Positions 41,606 through 64,000 of a DNA stretch of 64,000 nt are shown here, piece after piece. The translations under genes were made by a program, and so were the position numbers. The stretch is taken from NCBI GenBank assembly GCA_963693365.1, contig CAVNZM010000016.1:6431029-6495028 (forward strand), given 5' to 3'. The notes under the pieces are model-generated. The model worked only from the letters and a program-made list of their open reading frames with translations. It was not told the DNA's origin and made no database searches. Positions within the stretch are counted from its first letter, which is position 1, and every line of letters starts with the position of its first letter. The stretch comes from Amoebidium appalachense (lineage: Eukaryota > Protista > Ichthyosporea).

Positions 41606-43753
41606 TAAGGGTAGGTAAAGTTATCCCGTCTATCTTTGGGATAATCAGGGGGCCTCGGGATATATGATGTATCCGGGATATTCAGGCAATTTTGGGATAG
41701 ATCCATTTGATAATCAGGGGGACCCTTGATAGACGATTTTAATCGCAAGCATGTTGATAGGTGTGAGTTTTTATGTCGCGTTTTACCTCTTTCCCTACGG
41801 GTGTCTGCTACACTAGCTGGCAATATGAACACTTTAGACTTTTTGTTGGATTCTGTTGGTCGTCACATTGAGTATTTATATGATTTTCACACAGTGTTCA
41901 GGTATCTCTGTATGCACTTGTTACTGGATAACTCGTGAAGTTTTTATTGTCTTCTCAGTATGCCGTGCATACTTGCATATCTTTCCGTCGAATAAATCCA
42001 GTCAAAAGAAAAAAATCTATCCAGGTAGGGTGGATATATCCCATTTCAAGGGTCGGGATAGATTGGCATATCGCTGGTCCCTAGCCATGGGGTACCCATC
42101 ATTTAATCATTAACGACCAATCATTTCGCATTAATAAGTCTCCAGTGATGGTGGGAGGCTATCTTAAACACTAAAATACCCCTTTGAAAGACTATTCAAA
42201 GAAGTAAATATCTTTTTTCTCTTGACGGGGATTTATTGATCAGTGGTCCAGTGGATATGAAGGCAACGTGCAGCCACAGGCTACACGACCACCAAAATAA
42301 CCGACTTCGAAAGAGCCACAGTGTCACACAGCGATGAAAAAAATAAATAAAACAACAAGTGACCAAAGGACACCAGCGGGCAAAGGTACAAGTGCACGTG
42401 TATGCGTGAAACTAGTTTGCTCCAACTAGTCACGGTCATATGCAGCGATGATGACCAGGCCACACTCCGGATCCGCAAGAAGACATCATTACTGCTGCCC
42501 CCCAACAGGCCCCCCTCAAAACCTACCGGGGCACAGCAAGCAAGTCAGCCATTTAAAGAGCAATGCAGACGGACCAAATCCGAGCGAGAAAACAATCCCC
42601 ACGGGCCCCACGGTCCCCTAGAAAACCCACAGAAGCTGTCTCTAACTCTTTAATAAGGTGGCTTAGTTGTGGCAGGACACACAGGAAAACACAACTACAG
42701 AATGCATGCAAGCAAACCCAGTCATTGCCATACTGCTGAAGGCTGAAAACACGGCAGCCACAAGGAAAGCTCCTCGACGACCCAGTAGCTACCCCTCCAC
42801 TCACGCTAGCGCAGAAGCGGTTGAAGAACTTTGAAGTTGCAGCAGCCCACCACCAATAGCTCGCGTAGAAGCGTAGACTATAGCGTGTAGAAGTCACCGT
42901 AAGTTGCAGTGGGCCACCAGATGTCGAAGAAACCACTCCTCAAGCGAGAAACTCCGCGAAAGGGAGATGTCCCCACACTCTCACAGCAGTAGGAATAGAC
43001 AAGGCCGCACTACACACACACAGTGTCACGTTCCCCTGAGTGGGACCCCTTCCCACCACAAAAAGAAAAAACGAAAGCCTTTATATACCTGCCATGGTGA
43101 AGAATTGGGAAAAAAAGTTGACGTGACAGCTAAGAGATCGAAGTAAAAACAGTAAATTTCAGAGCATATACTTGGCGCTCTGCTTGCGTTAGACTTATCG
43201 GCGAATAACAATAAATTGAATATTAATGTATCAAAATAAAGGGATTTTGAAAATTTATGTTGAAAATACTATCAAATAGTGCATGCTATTACTTGCGTTC
43301 CAAACAATGCATTCACATGCATTTATCCTATAGCTATAGCGGGCAGCCTCCCGCCCGGCCGCGGGCCTTGAGGGCCCCGGCTCACCCTCCCGCGCCGCCG
43401 CCCCCTGCACCTGCTGCACACGCTGCCTTGATGAATCCACTCATATATTGGCTTCTAAATCATAGCATTTGTCTTATAAGGTGACAAATACACCCAACTG
43501 TACAGACATATAGTATGCATACATAGCCTCTAGCACCGGGATAGTCGATGCGGATAATCAGGCGGTCCTCGGAGAAAAATGATATATCCCCGGATAGATA
43601 GGGTCCCCAGGGATAGATGATCGGGATATTTAGGTCCAGATTTTGAGAGTATCCGGATACGGATCTTTGATAATCAGGTCACTTTTGAGATAGATTTGGG
43701 ATAGTGCGTAGGGATAATCATGGAAGTTTTTGGGATAGATTTACCTTAGCCTA
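41606..43753. mobile_element. Non-autonomous hAT-like DNA transposon, about 2.15 kb
   Basis: Imperfect 22-bp TIRs (taagggtaggtaaagttatccc versus taggctaaggtaaatctatccc, 16/22). 8-bp TSD cacagggg/cacacggg (7/8). Subterminal arrays of gataatcagg, gggatag and ccggata at both ends. No microsatellites inside and no intact ORF. Confidence 0.72.
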
Positions 43754-44709
43754 CACACGGGACCTGGCCGCCAGTGCCACCAGTGGGTCACCTGCGTGAC
43801 CTGATAACGGGGATACCTAAGCAAACTAGGCACTGGGTAGGAAGGAATGTGCCAAAAGACTTGGTGATTGGTGGATACAGAAGCTTGTCGATCTGTTACA
43901 TAACTTGAGAGTCTCTCTTTGCCTCGTAAACCCCATAACTGGGGCATAAGCTCCGCATGCAGATAGCGGCGCGGGTGTGGATCAGAGATAACACCAGAAA
44001 TAGGGGTGCTCTTGGATTGAAAGAACTGTTGTTTGAGGGGTGTCGTTCCGTATTTGGGCTTCATAGCTTACTATATATTAGAGATAGCTTATGCTTTTTT
44101 TTGACAACAAAATAAACCGGATATATGTTCATGATCATGCAATCGATGACACCAAAGCATGCACGCTGCGCGCATACACTGTCATTCATATATATGCTAA
44201 TGTTCAGCCCCTGAAATGCCCAAACCTTTAAATTGAAAAACACAAAAATTTTCATTTGGGGGGGGTAAGTACACAAGCAAGTACTCCCTTCACTCGGCAT
44301 GAAGTTGGCAAAGGAATCAAAACGCTGCCGCGTATATCTATCCCTTTCATACGGGCCGGTTCAGTAGTCACGGGTATACTACCGTGCAGAGACCCAAACC
44401 GTTTTAGCGACCGATTAGGTAGCTTTTTGGCCCGAAAGTCACTTTCCAAATTGGGAGCGATAACGATTTTCATTGGACAAAAGTTTCAGATTATACTTTA
44501 TAAGGCAGCTGCGCATGGATCTAAAGGTCACTTTTTGGGGCTAACAAGGGCTCAGCGTGTAAAACGGCGGGCCGGGCCGGGTCCGGGCCCGCGCCGCCAA
44601 CTATATATAGTTATGTTTCTGATGTTTTGAGTGGTTTGCCTTTAAATTAGTGTACAATAGATCTATTTTCTATTTGTCTCGGCTTTTAAACGGTTTGCAC
44701 CGTGACAAG

Positions 44710-44791
<82 letters not shown>

Positions 44792-45814
44792 TGTGCGCGC
44801 GCCGTGTGTGAGACGGTGCGTGTGTGCCCAAAGTCAATCAGTTTGTGCCGGTATGAAACGGTTCTGAGTTCTGGGTACCTTGTGTGCCCGGTTTGGACGG
44901 TGGCAGGTCAAGTACATGTTATGTGCTTGTGTTTCACAGTGTTTGAGCACATGTTGGGTATACACAGGGCAAGGCCTTCTAAATAGCACACCCACAGGGT
45001 ACTCTAGATCTCCATGCGGTAAAATACGTTCAATTTGTATGAATATTCCGATGAATATTCCGAAGTTGTTGTCTTTGTGCATCATTCAATGATTGGCACT
45101 TGGTAATATTGACTCGGTCTGGTACATGTCTGTTCGACATACGAATACCTTTTCCATAAATCATAACGAGCATTTATTTGGGTAAAAACGAGCGCATGTA
45201 CAGTATGTACAAAAAAAAGGTTCTATATGTCGCACTTACAATAACAGCCATCAATGTACACACAACGGTATACGGCCACTGTATCAAGTACTATTATGAT
45301 ACTGACCACCTGAATTGTTAGAGTATCGTTTCTGTACACAAAGCGGTTTCTCCAGGCATATGAATGCATGTCACAAAACACTACAATAAAGAAACCAGAT
45401 TTAAAAATCATACAAGTCTGTCTGGCAAATCCACCGAGGTTATCAAACATACACCGCCTAGCATACACATTGTGTCAAGTTGTACCCTTAGCTAAAACAT
45501 CAGAAGGGAGCAAACACGAGAGGTATTTACAGACTCTATACCGGCGAATTCATCATGAGAAATTAGCAGAAAGACATGATGGCGAAAAAAGATCTGCTAT
45601 ACAAACAATAAATAACCAAAGAGAGGGTTTTCGGGCAGCCGTCACCCAGAAGGTGCGATGGGTAAGTGGGTGGAGGGAGGGGAGAGGGGGAGGGGTATGT
45701 GTGAGTGAGTGAGTGTGTGTGTTTGGGGGGGAGGGGGGGGGGGGGGGGGAGGGGAGGGCGGAGGGGCCGGGGGTGGAGGGGGGGGGGGGGGGGGTTGTTT
45801 GAGGTGGTAACTGC

Positions 45815-57585
<11,771 letters not shown>

Positions 57586-58721
57586 TTTCCCTCTCTGTTC
57601 ACGCAACTATCCTATTTGCTTTGTTTTGTGGCTTGGTGCCACCACAGTATTGGCTTTGAGACTGATAAAAAAGGCGGCCTGGCCTGTCTGGTGTACTTGA
57701 AGGTGGTGGAAAAGGCCGCGGAACTTGAAGGCGGAGAAAAGCGGCACTTGGGAATTCTTTATTCAGAGAGTTGATTGGTCGATCTGAACCGACACTTATT
57801 CTTGATCTTTTTCATGACGTAATAATCCTGAATTAGCTGGAAAGAGTAAACGTTAAGAAATATGGCATTATAATAAAAAAACTTTGGCTTATAAAGCTCC
57901 TATTTATATTATATCTTTTAAAGGTTAGCAGATGCAAGCTATGTATGAGCTACCTCAGAGTCTTAGGCATATCTCGATTCTACTGCACCTTTACCGCAGC
58001 TGCTAACTCACACGACTCGTCGAGTGACTTGAGTCATACCAAACTTTAGCGATTGGTTTTGAATCATGCATTTACATAGCTGCATTCATCACTCCCATCT
58101 AGATTCTTGAGCAGCTGAGGATGACTCCCTGCGGTTTTTAAGGGCATAAATACAAATGTGTCAAATCAGTTGTTTTCAGGAACGTAACAGTTCAATCGAT
58201 AACTTGTGTGTCTTTAATTAATATTCTGTCATATTATGTATTTTTGATGCATGCAATCACCCTGGTAGTCACCCGCATGATGCACTGGCGGTGTTTTAGG
58301 TTAGCCAATCGCTGATGTGCGAAGTACTTATAGAATCATCTGATTGGTCTCCCAAGGGCTAGTCCCGTTCGTGTACATTTTCTGCACTCTAAAAATAGGA
58401 CTACTGTTTTGACCCCATGCTGCAAGTTTGTGCGTGATGGCATGGGCGCGTCCCAAAGACGTCACACGCATACGCACGTGCACGAACGTACGTGTATACA
58501 TCATCATATATGTATGTGTGCATTATGTATAATCAGATAAGTTATATGCAAATCGATTGTCTTTATTCACACGGCAAAACTGACGATCGATCTAGAGTAC
58601 TATATGTACACCTCATTTTTTTGTGCCATGGAAAAGATCTCTCTCAGTGCACGTGCTAGCTACAGTATGTAGTGCTAGCACTGCAGCAATAGTAATGTAT
58701 TTATTAATAGCATCATTCACG

Positions 58722-59312
<591 letters not shown>

Positions 59313-60432
59313 CCTCTCTCCTCCGCCTGGTCTCTTCCTCTCCCTCGTCTCTCTCACTCTCCCCGAGTCTCCCTCCCGATCCCCCCCCCCCCCCCCCCCC
59401 TCTCTTCCTCCATCCCCCCCTCCTCTCTCTTTCTCTCCCTCTCTCCCCGCTCTCCCCGCCTGTCTCTCTCTGCTGTAGCTCGACAGACCCCCCCCCCCCC
59501 CCCCTTCTCTCCCCCTTCCCGACCCATCCCCTTTCATTTCGCCTCTTCCCAAGCCCAACTGCATCCCGCCAGTTGTTTTGAATCAACCTAGCCAAACCTT
59601 ACCAAACCCCCCCCCCCCCCCCTCTCTCTCTCCGCCCCCCTCCCCCGCTGACTCACTCCCTCCCGGAGGCTCCTCCCTCAAAGCGTATCTACTCGCTACA
59701 CCCCTGCACGAGAAATATATATCTGGAGTGCGCACAAGGCATATGCACACACACAAAACAAAAGCTGCACACACAGCAGCAACAGACCACGTGTCTCATA
59801 AGCGGATACCTAACTAAATGAGTGAGTTTTTTTCTCCAGGCAGGGAGGGTGGGCAGGAGGGGGAGAGGGGGGGCAGGGGCAGGGGGAGTAAGGCAAGTCA
59901 AAGGTTTGTTCCTTGATCTTTGTGGATTTTCATCAGAGAACCACTGCATCCCGACTCCAAGGGGTGGGGTCCACGTGCACGGCCCGAGGGCCCTAGTAAA
60001 AGGAGATTACACAGTGTACGTACCTACGAACTGGTGTTAAAATGTTAGATACATTATAGGTCTATGCAAAAATAAAGGGCAAAGTGACACCAGTCATCGT
60101 GTTTTCTTTCAGGGGATAAACACTGTAGTACCATTCGGAATACCTTGTGTGTCGAAATAATCTACAACTTAAACCATGTACGTTCTAGAAAGGGGCTCAG
60201 GCTGTTACGAAGGGGCAAAAAAAAATAAAAAATAAAAAAAATTGCCTCACTCATGTTAAAAAAAAAAAAAAAATGACTGGCCAAACATACCAAAGGGCTA
60301 TACTGACGCTCTTAATGTAACTAAAGTTATCATTAGTTAGAGGAATGTGTACAAGAAAAAAATGTTAAAAGATAATAAGTTACACATGGATCGTGCCGCC
60401 AGCGGCAAACAAAATCCAGGACAGGCGTGCCA

Positions 60433-61881
60433 TTATTCTAATAGAGCAAACTTCTTATCAAACTGTTTTCCCTGCAAAATAATGGAAGCTGTGCCTATAG
60501 GAATATACACTACACCAAAAATCCCCATACCCAGAGCCGCATACAAAACAAAAGTCTCCCGGGAGGAAAAGACCCTCTCCTTCCTATCATCTTTGAACAA
60601 TTTCCAATACATAAACCCCGGAACAATATAGCAGGTCAGCGCCGCCCCCGTTGCTCCAATAATCGAAAATACTATGCCTAAATCTGTAACAAAGAGAGCA
60701 ACCAAGTAGGAAAAGCTCAGATGCAGCGCGTATGACACCCAATGCGGCCATGTCTGCGATGTGTGTGTTGGCTTTGTCCACTCCTCCCTCCCCGTGATGG
60801 TAAAACACAGATTGGCTATGTGCATGATGACAATCCTCGCAGCCTGCATCAGCAATGGCATTGAAACAGTAACAGTAAAACAGAAGCCCAAATGTGCAAT
60901 CATCGCCGGCGTGGAAGACGGCCAGATCATTAAGACGTTCGAGCTAACCGTATTCCCGTAAGTGAAATACCCGAAAAGTCCAAACCCAGCACAAAGAGTA
61001 GAAACGAAGCTCCCCCACAGAGCCAAAACTGTGTCCATGTATCTGACCGACGGCTCGCGAACTTCGTTGTAAATGTTGAATATTAGAGGGTGACAGTTAA
61101 AGGCGAAGAAAAATGTGGACAAAACCTTAAAGAAAGCAGTGGAAAGTGGACGTGTTGCTTCGGTGGGCCCCGTGCACACACCCACAATGCCTGCACATAC
61201 ATGGGTCTAGCGCAGCCACTGGCGGACTGGCAAAATAAATGATTGCAAGGATGCCGATGTACGCCACGCTGCCCATTGCCATTATCGACGTGAATCGAAG
61301 AGCATTGATGGTGGGAAGAAGGCATAGTGGGAAACACATGCCCCACATAACAACAGAGATCCAGAATTGGCGGGAAAGGAGAATGCTGTCGATTGAAACA
61401 TCGGGGTTGATCGTTCGAACAACCACTGGGAGTACGGTCCCCGATGACCATGATGTAAGGGACGCCGGCCAGGAGTTGGTTTATAAGAACTGCAAGGTCA
61501 GCCAAAAACACGAATGCCAGACCCCCCTTTGCAGCTGCTTTTCCGAACGATGTTCTTGTTCCACCGATCCTGTGTGCGAGTTCGGAAAGAAGATGAAGCC
61601 CTGACCACGCGCCCAATGCGCCTACGATCATGATGATGCTTCCGGTTAACCAACCCACCATAGCGAACACTGCTGGAAGAGAGATCATTCCTGGTCCAAC
61701 AGTAACAGAGCCTAGGTTTGCTGCACTGCAACACACGTATGCTTTTCGTATGCTGAGGTCGTTCTCGATGTCATCTTCGAATGTTTTTTGTCGTGATGTT
61801 AGCTTGTTGACTATTCACTTCGAGAGCTAGGTTGTCAGGGGTGCTTTCAACCCCTGTAGAGCTTTTTGGCAAGTCAGACAT
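60433..61881 (-). pseudogene. Intronless amino-acid transporter (Aa_trans, SLC38/AVT-like) with three frameshifts
   Basis: AANLGSVTVGPGMISLPAVFAMVGW, PLCLLPTINALRFTSIMA, FFFAFNCHPLIFNIYNEV, GLFGYFTYGNTVSSNVL and DLGIVFSIIGATGA..YIVPGFMY lie in successive frames. Shifts at about 61785 (A-run, +1), 61440 (+1) and 61196-61203 (ATGT duplication). Confidence 0.82.
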
Positions 61882-62490
61882 GGTTATGGGTTGTAGACAA
61901 ATGCCTTTTGTTTTGACATGTGGAGCTAGACTAAATTTCACAATCGTGCTGCGGCTACAAATGGGTGATTTAGGCACTTTGAAGCGACCGTATATACTTG
62001 CAGGGAGACTCCTAAGGGGTTTACGCTATTTACTCGAGGCAAAGAGGACCATTCTCAGGACTCCTAAAAGGTCCCCCCGGAAGGATGCTCATGAAAATGA
62101 TATTCAGATCCGTCATCTGGGAGTTGCTTGTGGCAACGGGCGCATGACAGAGTTCCGAATTTGAATTCTGTTGGCTCAACCAATCGGAAGCCGCCCTCAG
62201 ATTTGCAAATTGTAAATTTTGTGGCCCAGGGTGTGAAACGTCATGTTTATCCGAGGGAAAGAGACACAAAAGGAAGGGGAGAATGTCTAATAATGGGATT
62301 CAAGATTCAAAACCCACAGTTTTTTTTTTTTTCTTTTTTATACAAGCACAAGGCCATCTATAGGTGTAGCTTAGTAGGTTGGGGGGAAAATTTTTTAAAT
62401 AAAGCAGGCAAGGCAAGGCCGGCCGCTTAATTGACCAATTTCAGATCCATAATTGATCGGCGGCCAATCGAAAGTTGGGCTTAGATCTAC

Positions 62491-63775
62491 TGTGACGTAG
62501 ATATACATCGAGTCACCCCAGACACGGAAGCCCCCCAGATCAATAAACATCACGATGTAAATGGGGCTTCCGGGACCTGGCGTCCTCAGTCTTTTCCTTG
62601 TCCAAAACATATTTCTTGTCAACGAAAGCTGTGACCATCCGTCCCCCATCCGACTTTCATCCGTGTTCCAATTCATATTCCCATCACATTTCGATGTCGC
62701 ATGGTAGCAGAAAAGGAAGGTCTCCCTCGGGAGTATCTTAACCAGGTAAACACGCTTCCACACGCGCGCTCTGCTAGCATGCTACGATAGCTCATTTTTA
62801 CGGACGGATGGTCGCAGCAGTCCACGGATAACTACGGATACACGAGGATGCATTTGCTTACTTATTCGGACGTCGCCCCGCAATGAGGCCATTTTTTTGC
62901 AACAGCCATATCATTTTTCATATTGTAGCACACACAACTCGGTTTTCGCACCAGCCCATTTCTCATGAGCGCATCATCTTTTCCCATTTTCCACACACGA
63001 CCACAGTGATCGGCAAGTTTTGGTCCTGATACTTTGTGCGTATAAGCAAAGCACGAGAAACGCCACCCCCGTGTGCTGCTAATCCCGCATAGTAATGGGT
63101 GCCGGCCAGACACTAAGCCCAGCACACGTTTGCCGGAGGGTGTGAGTCTCGGACTTTGCTTGTGCCCACATGGTGGTTAAGATCACTACCTGACGATCAC
63201 TAGAAACGTGTGTTTTCCTTCAGTCTGAACAGCCGTCGTTTGCGCAAACTACGTCAATTTACCCAATCACGATATATTTCAACATGTACATCCGGAAGAT
63301 CTATGTCTGCTTCTCGCTCTTGCTCGCCTCTGCTTACATGTTTTGCTTTATGTTTTGTACCCACGTGAGGTCATCCTCAGAGGCACTGCAGCCCGCCCAC
63401 GTGTGGTTAGGGGATGGTTTGGAGGTTTGCCTGTCCCTGACATATACACTGTGACGCCCCCCCCCCACCCCTAGTATGCATCCACATGCTTATATGTTTG
63501 CACCCACGTACTAGCCCTATCCATGTGTGAGGACACACACTATCCTTCTCTTGTGCGCTTAGCATGTGACGTAGATATACATCGAGTCACCCCAGACACG
63601 GAAGCCCCCCAGATCAATAAACATCACGATGTAAATGGGGCTTCCGGGACCTGGCGTCCTCAGTCTTTTCCTTGTCCAAAACATATTTCTTGTCAACGAA
63701 AGCTGTGACCATCCGTCTCCCATCCAACTTTCATCCGTGTTCAAATTCATATTCCCATCACATTTCGATGTCGCA
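62491..63775 (+). mobile_element. Non-autonomous miniature LTR retroelement (TRIM-like), 1285 bp
   Basis: 211-bp LTRs at 62491-62701 and 63565-63775 (TG...CA, three mismatches seen). 4-bp TSD CTAC. PBS TGGTAGCAGA immediately after the 5' LTR, complementary to the eukaryotic initiator-Met tRNA 3' end. The 863-bp interior has no recognisable gag/pol ORF. Confidence 0.9.
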
Positions 63776-64000
63776 CTACTATGTAGGTCATAGTCCAAAG
63801 TCATTTAAAGTACATAAAGTCCAAAAATACAATAGAAAACAGGCTTTGCGTGTAAAATTAAAAAGTTGATAGAGGAAAAAAAGCGTTAAGTTGATATAAG
63901 CAACATATGGTGTTTGACCCCTCCTTCATGGTCAAAACAGGCTAAGACCACGATCACAGCGGCCCAGAGGCATATTCGGGTGAGCCCAGGTCGCTACCGG

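Noticed and set aside
43960-44610. Possible MITE bounded by cggcgcggg-like inverted motifs
   Set aside because: The match is too short, and there is no TSD or second copy in the window.

Overview
Eukaryotic nuclear DNA, intron-rich and saturated with microsatellites: (CA)n, (CT)n and poly-C/poly-G. Most of the supplied ORFs are simple-repeat artefacts. By hand-splicing I recover: a 23-exon S9 (prolyl oligopeptidase-family) peptidase gene (+, 11026-31282); an SLC35F/EamA-like transporter gene (-, 33616-41358); a type II membrane protein with EGF, Cys-rich and Pmp-like beta-helix repeats (-, 45815-57585); and an intronless, frameshifted amino-acid transporter (-, 60433-61881). Mobile DNA comprises a piggyBac transposase with one in-frame stop, a 2.1 kb hAT-like element and a 1.3 kb TRIM-like LTR element. 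The most interesting signal is a dispersed intronic repeat family: five clear copies in three subfamilies plus about nine relics. It carries a complete hammerhead ribozyme core with its three strands in a non-circularly permuted order, supported by covariation, plus two palindromic loops. It inserts at poly-C tracts with target duplications, always in the host's sense orientation. One copy keeps the 3' end of an ORF reminiscent of a Penelope-like RT C-terminus. All calls are by eye; no searches or folding programs were run.
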